A stretch of DNA of 64,000 nt, taken from positions 11,317-75,316 of the forward strand of contig CAYUQY010000002.1 of NCBI GenBank assembly GCA_964447075.1, given 5' to 3'. Both the position numbers and the translations under genes were made by a program. Source of the DNA: an uncultured Pseudomonadales bacterium. Lineage in GTDB: Bacteria > Patescibacteriota > Microgenomatia > UBA1400 > PJMF01. Under the pieces are notes generated by a model, which worked only from the letters and a program-made list of their open reading frames with translations, searched no databases and was not told where the DNA came from. Positions 57,365-64,000 of this stretch are shown piece after piece; positions within the stretch are counted from its first letter, which is position 1, and the number at the start of each line of letters is the position of its first letter.

Positions 57365-57700
57365 TTAGCGAAAAACTGACCAAAATCGTAAAAGAAGGTA
57401 AAGTAGTAGAACTTGCCAATATAAGCAGAAAAAAAACAACCAATTGGCCACAAAAGGAATAATCTCACACACTCCAAGAGTAGATGTCTGACACGAAAAA
57501 AAATAGCGCACAAAAGGTACCAGAATGTAAAACCAAGTAAACTTAGCTAGAACAAACACAGATGTAGGCAGAAAAATCAGCCAACTAAAAACATTTTCTT
57601 TTGCTAACGACTGGACAGTTTGATATGGGTGCAGGAGTAGTCCCACAGTTATCTGCGTAATAGAGTAGAGAAGTGAAGTCAACCAGGATCTAGCATTCAT
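57365..57700 (-). CDS. Small 3-TM membrane protein (unknown)
   Basis: The 111-aa hydrophobic product lies downstream of the sigma/anti-sigma pair. Confidence 0.3.
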   Translation of the reverse strand: MNARSWLTSLLYSITQITVGLLLHPYQTVQSLAKENVFSWLIFLPTSVFVLAKFTWFYILVPFVRYFFSCQTSTLGVCEIIPFVANWLFFFCLYWQVLLLYLLLRFWSVFR

Positions 57701-57897
57701 TATTTAATTCCTCCTAACCAGAACTCTACTACTAGGGAAGTTACTCCAGATGATATTAAAATGACTTGCCAAGAATAGCGGCCGATAAATGAAGTCACGA
57801 TGTCTAAAGCAGGAGGAAAAAAGCGCGTTGAAAACAACCTTTTCTGTGCCTTGGCTTCTGCCTGAAGCTTAAGTAAAAACTCTGAGTTTGAGCTCAT
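57700..57897 (-). CDS. Putative single-TM anti-sigma factor
   Basis: The 65-aa product has a single TM. Its start overlaps the stop of the ECF sigma gene by 4 nt. Confidence 0.3.
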   Translation of the reverse strand: MSSNSEFLLKLQAEAKAQKRLFSTRFFPPALDIVTSFIGRYSWQVILISSGVTSLVVEFWLGGIK

Positions 57898-58451
57898 GAA
57901 CTCTCACTTTCTTTAATAAAGAGAAGTTTAAACTCCTTGCGTGCTCTAAATAGTTCTGACTCTATTGCCTTAACTGACTTACCAAACTTAGCTGCTATAT
58001 GAGCAACTTTCTTTTTATCAATGTATTTCTGCAGTAGTAGTTCTTTTGAAGCAGCGCTCATCTTCTGAAGCACTGATGTAACCTGAGCTGATGTCTCTTG
58101 GGCATCCACCACTGGTGAAGCAATAAGTGTGTTAATAAGTGGGAGAGTCTTGACTGCTTTTTTAGCGTACAGCTTTCTATAGTAATCAGCCACAATGTGC
58201 TTGGCTATCGAGATCATCCAAGTAAATAGGCTTGATTGGCCCAAGTAGAGGGGAAGCTGCTTGAGACAGTCCATGAAGGTGAAGCCTACCAGCTCCTCTA
58301 CATCTTCTTTACTACTCACTTTTAGGGAGATGTAGCTGCTTATTTTGGGCTTATATCTGGTGTACCAGACCCTAACGGCAGAATCTTGGCTCTCCTTGAG
58401 GGCGGCAACTAGTTTTTGCTCCTGAGTATAGTCTGTCTGGGGAGTCATATC
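57894..58451 (-). CDS. ECF (sigma-70 family group IV) sigma factor
   Basis: Region 2 (VEELVGFTFMDCLKQL...WMISIAKHIVADYYRK) and region 4 (SKELLLQKYIDKKKVAHIAAKFGKSVKAIESELFRARKEF) are present. The likely start is the Met at MTPQTD. The ORF-track version extends upstream into the copZ-like gene. Confidence 0.6.
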   Translation of the reverse strand, partial: DMTPQTDYTQEQKLVAALKESQDSAVRVWYTRYKPKISSYISLKVSSKEDVEELVGFTFMDCLKQLPLYLGQSSLFTWMISIAKHIVADYYRKLYAKKAVKTLPLINTLIASPVVDAQETSAQVTSVLQKMSAASKELLLQKYIDKKKVAHIAAKFGKSVKAIESELFRARKEFKLLFIKESESS

Positions 58452-58527
58452 GCAGTTTTTGATCTGGAAAGAAGTGCTTCTTCTATCAACAAATAGCATT
58501 ATACTCTTACTCAGTTCGAGAGTTGAG

Positions 58528-58764
58528 CTACTCTGCACCATAGCCCTGATCGGCAATAATTTTTTGTAGTTCTTTGATGGAAATTTTCTTCTCATCAAAG
58601 TCAATCGTAACTTCAGACTTGGCATAGCTTGTGCTAGCCGAATGAACACAGTCACAGTCTTCCAGGGCTCCATCAATGTTGAGAGCACAACTTGCACAGT
58701 GCATGCCTGATAACTTCAAGGTGACTTTCTTACCCTTTGCTTTTTTTTTAAAAAAATTAATCAT
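58528..58764 (-). CDS. copZ: Heavy-metal-associated (HMA) copper chaperone, CopZ-like
   Basis: The 78-aa product carries GMHCASCALNI (the MxCxxC metal-binding motif). Confidence 0.7.
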   Translation of the reverse strand: MINFFKKKAKGKKVTLKLSGMHCASCALNIDGALEDCDCVHSASTSYAKSEVTIDFDEKKISIKELQKIIADQGYGAE

Positions 58765-58828
58765 CTATACCTCCTTAATTTTTGAGAGAAAAATAAATCT
58801 ACAAATGCAGTATCTTCGTAACTCTTAT

Positions 58829-59965
58829 CTATATTACTTCTATCACACCACTATACATTCCCATCGAGCACGAGAATGGATACTTTCCTTTAGCGGTCGG
58901 AGTAAAAACAACTGTTTTTGAATCTGTAGGAGCGAGTTGGAGCTTGATATTAAATGCTTTCATCACAAATGAACTGGCACATGAGTACGAATTATTTGTC
59001 TTCAAAGTAAGATTAACTGGCACACCTACTTTGGCTGTTAATTTACTTGGTGAGTAACCGTTAGAATCAATATTGATCAGAAGTGTTTGCTCTCCACTTG
59101 CTGTCGGCTGACTTGTAACCGCATCTAAATAATCAAAACGTTTGTCAGAAAAGTAGTAGGTTATTGGACTGGTTATTTTTTCAAATGATATGGGAGAGTC
59201 AAGAACTACCAGTACGCCATTAATACTACTTAAGCCTAAGAATATTAGTGCTGCAGCCGCAATTTTTAAGAACTTCTGTCTAAAACCTTCGGAAAGCCTA
59301 GCTGTAGCTACGCCAATAAGCGCAAAAAGTGGAGAAGTGCCCAGCACGAAGAAAAACATGATGAGTGCACCATTGACTGGGCTTCCAGATGTAATTGCAA
59401 GAACTTCCATAGCCTGAGTGACTCCACAAGGGATGAGTATGGTTAGCAAGCCCAGGAGAAATGGTGTAAAAAGTGCCCTACTTTTAGTCGTGCCACGGAT
59501 TATTTTATTTAGGAACTTGGGTGGCTGGATAACTACATACCTAAAAATTGGATGTAACTCAAGCAAATTACCAGCTGTGGCTAACATAAAAAGTGCCGCT
59601 GCTACTTGAAAAAATAAACGAACGGTGAGATTTAACTCCATCTTCGAGCCTAACCAACCCAGGAAAAAACCCAGGATAGTGTGAGTTATTAACTTGGCTA
59701 GTAAAAATAAGCCTACTGGCAGCCAATCAAGTGAATCAAAAGTCGCGGAGAGATCCTTGATTTTACTTATGCTTTGAAGTTGCTGTGAAGCTCTTCTGTC
59801 TTGACGAGTCAAGTGTTTGCTTTTTACCTCTACAGCTGACTCTTCTGTGCCCATCTCGCTTCCCTTTTGATTGGCTATAATTCCAGCAAGCAAGCCACCC
59901 TGCATGGCCAGACAACTCAAGCCACCCGTGGTCAAGCCTGTTAAGAAAACTGCCCAGAGATTCAT
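58829..59965 (-). CDS. DsbD_2/MerT-like membrane protein fused to a C-terminal cupredoxin-like domain
   Basis: Six TM helices with conserved Cys in TM1 (GGLSCLAMQGG) and TM4 (IPCGVTQAM) are present. A C-terminal ~100-aa beta domain (YPFSCSMGMYSGVIEV) resembles a cupredoxin. The gene lies directly downstream of copA. Confidence 0.45.
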   Translation of the reverse strand: MNLWAVFLTGLTTGGLSCLAMQGGLLAGIIANQKGSEMGTEESAVEVKSKHLTRQDRRASQQLQSISKIKDLSATFDSLDWLPVGLFLLAKLITHTILGFFLGWLGSKMELNLTVRLFFQVAAALFMLATAGNLLELHPIFRYVVIQPPKFLNKIIRGTTKSRALFTPFLLGLLTILIPCGVTQAMEVLAITSGSPVNGALIMFFFVLGTSPLFALIGVATARLSEGFRQKFLKIAAAALIFLGLSSINGVLVVLDSPISFEKITSPITYYFSDKRFDYLDAVTSQPTASGEQTLLINIDSNGYSPSKLTAKVGVPVNLTLKTNNSYSCASSFVMKAFNIKLQLAPTDSKTVVFTPTAKGKYPFSCSMGMYSGVIEVI

Positions 59966-59973
59966 AGAACCCT

Positions 59974-62301
59974 TTATAAATTTAGTTTCTTTAAATGCAG
60001 TGCATTTAGAACTACGCTGACACTAGAGAAAGCCATCGCAGCTCCTGCCAAGGCAGGACTCAACATAATACCAAAGAAAGGGTAGAGAACACCAGCTGCA
60101 ATTGGTATACCGACTATGTTGTAGAAAAAGGCCCAAAACAAGTTTTGTTTGACGGTGCGCATCGTAGCTCTAGATAGAATAATTGACTGAGGTAACTTAG
60201 CAAGGTGTCCGCCCAAAATAGTAATGCCTGCTGACTCTATCGCCACATCTGTACCAGTCCCCATAGCTATTCCCACATCTGAGGTAACCAAGGCTGGAGC
60301 ATCATTAATACCATCGCCTACCATCGCTACAACTCTGCCGCTTTGCTGCAGCTGAGCTACCCTGAGGGCTTTATCTGCAGGCAGAACTTCAGCAATTACA
60401 TTATCGATACCTACTTGAGCTGCTATGTGATTGGCAGTGCGCTGATTGTCACCTGTCAGCATCGACACTTTGATGCCCAACTGATGAAGCTTTTTTATAG
60501 CTGATGCTGTATCAGGCTTAATGGTATCTGCTAAAAACACATAAGCTATAATTTCATGCGCTGTCATCAAAAGAATAGGTGTTTTTCCCTGAGAAGTGAA
60601 CTGCTTGATTATCTCGTCATTTGCCTCCAGTGATAAATCTTGTGCCAACTTTAAGTTACCTGCAAAGTATTTGTGAGTGTCAACTTCACCCTCCAAGCCT
60701 TTGCCTTCCAAGGCTTTAAAACTTTCCACTGATTTTAAAGAGAGCTTCTTAGACTTAGCCATCTCCACTACAGCTTGAGCTAGTGGATGCTCTGAGTGGT
60801 ACTCAAGTGATGCCAGAATTCTGAGAGACTCATCTTCAGTCAGGTCACTGACTGATTTGATATCAGTTACTTCAGGAGTGCCTTTAGTCACTGTGCCTGT
60901 TTTGTCCAGAACCACTGTGTTGACCTGAGCCAGTTTTTCCAAACTCTCTGCATTTTTGATCAAGATACCATGCTGGGCTGACTTGCCAACTCCTACTATT
61001 ACTGCCATGGGAGTAGCTAGACCCATAGCGCATGGACAAGCTATGACTAGAATTCCCACGAAGCTGACTATGCCCAATGTCAGGGCTTGTGAAAAAGGCA
61101 TGAACTGAGAGCCAATGCCCAACCATGCGATCAAAACTAAAATAGAGATCACTAAAACTACAGGCACAAATACGGCAGAGATTTGATCAGCAAGTCTCTC
61201 GATAGGTGCCTTAGATCCCTGAGCTGCTTCTACCATTTTTATAATTTGAGAGAGGACGGTGTTACTGCCCACCTGAGTAGCTTTGACTAATATAGAACCG
61301 TGTTTATTAATGGTAGCTCCTATGACCTTTTCACCGACTTGTTTGTCCACGGGGATCGACTCGCCTGTAATCATCGACTCGTCTATGGAGGTACTGCCCT
61401 TTGTTATCTCACCATCGACTGCAATTTTTTGTCCAGGCTTGATGACCAAAATATCTCCGACTACTACTTGCTCGATTGGAACTTCGACTTGCTCTCCATT
61501 GCGTAGAACAACTGCATTTTTCGCTTGTAGACTGAGAAGTTTTTCAATTGCCTCACCAGTCCTAAGCTTACTTCTAGCTTCCAGAAACTTACCTAATGTA
61601 ATAAATCCTATTACCACAATCGTTACATCGTAGTAGGTAACTGAAGTGTCGAGGTAAGGCGCGAGGCTAACTTCAAAAGCTGAAAGAATAAAACTATATG
61701 TAAAGGCGACTAAGGTACCTATTCCTACAAGAGTATCCATGTTGGCTACACGATGCTTGATGAATCTTACTACTCCCTGAAGATATACTTTGCCAACTAC
61801 GAAGAGTGTATAAGTAGCCATCAAGGGCAAGAGGTGATGTATGAAAGTCTTGACGATCTGAGGCATTTCAGGAAAAATTTTGAAGATGGCGCCAAACTCC
61901 CAGAGCATCACTAAAATGCTGAACACGACGAATGGTGTGACGATGTGAACGTGTGACTCTAATTTTTTGAGCTCAGCCAGTTTGCGAGATTTTGCTTCAG
62001 CATCAGATGAGACTGCTGACATATCGTGACCTTCATGTGGCAGGCCACTAGCTGAAACCTCCCGACTATGCCCAAGTTCAGCTGATGGGTCGAGCAATGT
62101 ATACCCCAACTTTTTTATCTCGTGATTCATCCCAACGACAGAAGTATCTTGGTCGTCGTAAACTACTTGAGCTTTCTCTGTCCCATAGCTCACCTCACAT
62201 GACTCAACACCTTTTATCTTTGATAGCGTTCTTTTGATTACGCTAGCACAAGAGGCGCAGTGCATACCTTCTATCGGAAGTGACTGTGTGACTTTTGGCA
62301 T
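59974..62301 (-). CDS. copA: Copper-translocating P1B-type ATPase
   Basis: An N-terminal HMA domain (GMHCASCASVIK), CPC (ACPCAMGLATP), DKTGTVT, GDGINDAP and about 8 TM helices are present, over 775 aa. Confidence 0.9.
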   Translation of the reverse strand: MPKVTQSLPIEGMHCASCASVIKRTLSKIKGVESCEVSYGTEKAQVVYDDQDTSVVGMNHEIKKLGYTLLDPSAELGHSREVSASGLPHEGHDMSAVSSDAEAKSRKLAELKKLESHVHIVTPFVVFSILVMLWEFGAIFKIFPEMPQIVKTFIHHLLPLMATYTLFVVGKVYLQGVVRFIKHRVANMDTLVGIGTLVAFTYSFILSAFEVSLAPYLDTSVTYYDVTIVVIGFITLGKFLEARSKLRTGEAIEKLLSLQAKNAVVLRNGEQVEVPIEQVVVGDILVIKPGQKIAVDGEITKGSTSIDESMITGESIPVDKQVGEKVIGATINKHGSILVKATQVGSNTVLSQIIKMVEAAQGSKAPIERLADQISAVFVPVVLVISILVLIAWLGIGSQFMPFSQALTLGIVSFVGILVIACPCAMGLATPMAVIVGVGKSAQHGILIKNAESLEKLAQVNTVVLDKTGTVTKGTPEVTDIKSVSDLTEDESLRILASLEYHSEHPLAQAVVEMAKSKKLSLKSVESFKALEGKGLEGEVDTHKYFAGNLKLAQDLSLEANDEIIKQFTSQGKTPILLMTAHEIIAYVFLADTIKPDTASAIKKLHQLGIKVSMLTGDNQRTANHIAAQVGIDNVIAEVLPADKALRVAQLQQSGRVVAMVGDGINDAPALVTSDVGIAMGTGTDVAIESAGITILGGHLAKLPQSIILSRATMRTVKQNLFWAFFYNIVGIPIAAGVLYPFFGIMLSPALAGAAMAFSSVSVVLNALHLKKLNL

Positions 62302-62329
62302 ACTACATTTTCCTTGTTTAGACTGATGC

Positions 62330-62815
62330 TTATTCTTTTAAAAATTGAGTGGGATTGCTTTTGAAGTTCTTAAGACAACCGCTGGCACAGAAGTAATGAT
62401 TACGCCCATTATGTTTGAAGACAAACGCAGCTGTATTAAGTGAAATTCTCATACCACAAATTGGGTCGTGAGTTAAGGGGAGAAGCTCTGACATATTAAG
62501 GGATAACTCATGGCCTAATTGAGAATTTTTATTTTCGTCAATCAAATGCTCTCTAAATAGATCAACAGCAGCCAAAATTTTAGGACCACTTAGAGAGTAA
62601 TAAATTTGCTTTCCCGTCCTGCGTGATCCCACAATATTTGCTTCTCTCATCACCGTGAGGTGCTGGCTTATGTTGGCCTGAGGCAGATCTAACATAGCGT
62701 AGATATCGCTCACTGGAAGCTCTTGATCTCTCAAGAGCTGGAGAATTTCCAGTCTTTTAGGATGAGCTAGGGCTTTGAAAAGTGAAGCTTGAAGATCAAA
62801 AACTTCTGCGTACAT
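62330..62815 (-). CDS. ArsR/SmtB-family metalloregulator with C-terminal YHS/TRASH metal-binding domain
   Basis: The HTH (LAHPKRLEILQLL...ANISQHLTVMREANIV) and a C-terminal DPICGMRI...HYFCASGC (the YHS/TRASH Cys pattern) are present. Confidence 0.7.
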   Translation of the reverse strand: MYAEVFDLQASLFKALAHPKRLEILQLLRDQELPVSDIYAMLDLPQANISQHLTVMREANIVGSRRTGKQIYYSLSGPKILAAVDLFREHLIDENKNSQLGHELSLNMSELLPLTHDPICGMRISLNTAAFVFKHNGRNHYFCASGCLKNFKSNPTQFLKE

Positions 62816-62836
62816 ATTCGAATATTAGAATATGTA
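62811..62836. promoter_or_regulatory. Inverted repeat TACATATTC-N8-GAATATGTA (with nested palindrome ATATTCGAATAT) overlapping the regulator start codon
   Basis: A perfect 9-nt inverted repeat encloses a 12-nt palindrome at the 5' end of the ArsR-family gene. This is a candidate autoregulatory operator. Confidence 0.3.
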
Positions 62837-62983
62837 TTTAATAGTGTCAAGTAGGGATTTGGACTAGGTCAAGAAGCCGACCAAACAGATGTTCATTTAG
62901 GTTTCAAAGTATGAGTAATATTCGTCAGCTAAACTCTAGCTTTTAGGCAAACATCTTAGGCAGTCCCATGATGTTTACTTGAC

Positions 62984-63127
62984 TCATCTAATTATACCTA
63001 GGCCCAACAGGCCGATGATTATCAGATAACCAGCCAACAGGTAATTAACTAATTTTGGAAACATAAGAATTAAGATACCAAAGACTAGTGATGCCAGGGG
63101 GCTAAGGTGAGAAAGTGAGATGAACAT
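62984..63127 (-). CDS. Small 2-TM membrane protein, DUF3096-like (47 aa), missed by the ORF track
   Basis: The minus-strand ORF encodes MFISLSHLSPLASLVFGILILMFPKLVNYLLAGYLIIIGLLGLGIIR. A GGAGGT RBS sits 3 nt upstream of the ATG (plus-strand ACCTCC at 63131-63136). Confidence 0.45.
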   Translation of the reverse strand: MFISLSHLSPLASLVFGILILMFPKLVNYLLAGYLIIIGLLGLGIIR

Positions 63128-63295
63128 ACTACCTCCAGGTAATTATTTATTTTGATCTAGTGTCCCAAAGTTCAAGATCATTTTATATATTTATAACAAT
63201 AGACATACTACCACAGGTACGTGCTTATCAACTCTGGTTTCTATTTTCTTCATGATTTAATAAGCGTAATTTCGATAAGAATTTTATCACATTCT

Positions 63296-63763
63296 CTAGA
63301 TGCCTATTATCTTTATCAGAGCCAAGATAACTTCATTAAGCATTGCTGAGTTTGCTAAGTAGTCTGGCCTATTAGGGCTGATCAAATATGTGGATATCAA
63401 GTTTTCAGCATACTCAATTGCATCTGCTATGCTTTCCTCAGCCGATGAATAGTCACCAACTACTAGGCAAAGCCTAGCTCCTGCAACAAGAACTCCTATC
63501 TGTTGCTCAGGAGTAGGGTAATTGTTAATCTTTTTAGCTAGCGCTGCCCATCTTACAGCACTTATGAACCTATCTTTCTCATTTGTCTGAGTAAGTACAT
63601 CCATTTCTGCCAAATATAGTTCATGGGTTCTGATATAACCTAATTTATTGGCTATGAGATCTAGATCCATTGCAAGTTTCTCAACTAACTCGCTCCTCTC
63701 TTTATCTCGAGCACTGGTGCTCACAAATCCATTCTGAGAATCTTCTAATCCAGAATTTCTCAT
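63296..63763 (-). CDS. Hypothetical protein
   Basis: The 155-aa product is AT-rich and has no recognisable motifs. Confidence 0.35.
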   Translation of the reverse strand: MRNSGLEDSQNGFVSTSARDKERSELVEKLAMDLDLIANKLGYIRTHELYLAEMDVLTQTNEKDRFISAVRWAALAKKINNYPTPEQQIGVLVAGARLCLVVGDYSSAEESIADAIEYAENLISTYLISPNRPDYLANSAMLNEVILALIKIIGI

Positions 63764-63787
63764 AGTGTCCTAAAAAACTAGTACGGA

Positions 63788-64000
63788 TCAATAATCTAGC
63801 TGTTTTAATACCTCATCTATCAAGAATACCTGATTCGTCCTGAGTAGTGGTATTCTATCTCTTTTAAAGAATCCGTGCTCTGTCACTTCATGAGAAGCTT
63901 TGAACTCACCGCCTATTAATATACCGACGGTTTGTACCACTTTTCGGATAAGGAGATTAGGATTCCTCAGTAAAAAATCTGGCTCTATCGACTCTAAGTC
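63788..64000 (-). CDS. Hypothetical protein, 3'-terminal fragment (gene continues beyond window end)
   Basis: The frame is open from the window edge to a TGA stop (...GILIGGEFKASHEVTEHGFFKRDRIPLLRTNQVFLIDEVLKQLDY). It is absent from the ORF track, presumably because no start codon lies inside the window. Confidence 0.3.
   Translation of the reverse strand, partial: DLESIEPDFLLRNPNLLIRKVVQTVGILIGGEFKASHEVTEHGFFKRDRIPLLRTNQVFLIDEVLKQLDY

Noticed and set aside
58452-58697. Upstream 80-codon extension of the ECF sigma ORF (ORF-track start at 58697)
   Set aside because: The extension overlaps the copZ-like gene in another frame and precedes sigma region 2. The Met at MTPQTD gives a canonical ~185-aa ECF sigma.
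59190-59609. Plus-strand 75-aa and 63-aa ORFs
   Set aside because: They are antisense to the DsbD-like/cupredoxin membrane gene.

Overview
This 64-kb window looks like a low-GC, small-genome bacterium (roughly 40% GC by eye, not computed) with Gram-positive-type surface biology (sortase plus a sorting-signal substrate) and many low-complexity protein extensions. That is consistent with a Patescibacteria/CPR-like lineage, but taxonomy is only an inference. Housekeeping genes are clear: a 5'-partial pnp, an Fe/Mn SOD, lon, fur, tpiA, uvrA, a short uvrC, mnmA, a short RelA/SpoT, a DEAD-box helicase and uppS. A single 16S rRNA gene (about 37064-38536) has no 23S or 5S downstream and carries mismatches at the universal 338 and 515 primer sites. 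A tRNA-Ile(GAT) sits alone at 7618-7691 on the minus strand. Accessory content worth attention:
- A six-gene plus-strand operon (27259-33373) built around three ATP-grasp ligases, a polytopic membrane protein, a QEGLA/DUF1704-like metallopeptidase-like protein and an unknown protein, 1.7 kb downstream of a transglutaminase-like gene.
- A 2.5-kb DUF2157/DUF4401/GDYXXLXY membrane-protein cassette flanked by about 145-bp direct repeats (124 bp identical) that duplicate the promoter and first 37 codons of a Ddl-like gene.
- A copper-homeostasis island (YHS-ArsR regulator, copA, a membrane-cupredoxin fusion, copZ, an ECF sigma factor).
- An isopentenyl phosphate kinase next to uppS.
- A cluster of GT-C-type membrane glycosyltransferases with one AT-rich split gene.
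- Gly/Arg-rich (RGG/SGG-type) tails on PNPase and the DEAD-box helicase.
- A 47-aa DUF3096-like small membrane ORF missed by the 60-aa ORF track.
No CRISPR array, integrase or transposase was seen. Coordinates I derived by hand (RNA genes, repeats, small ORF, regulatory motifs) may be off by 1-2 nt.
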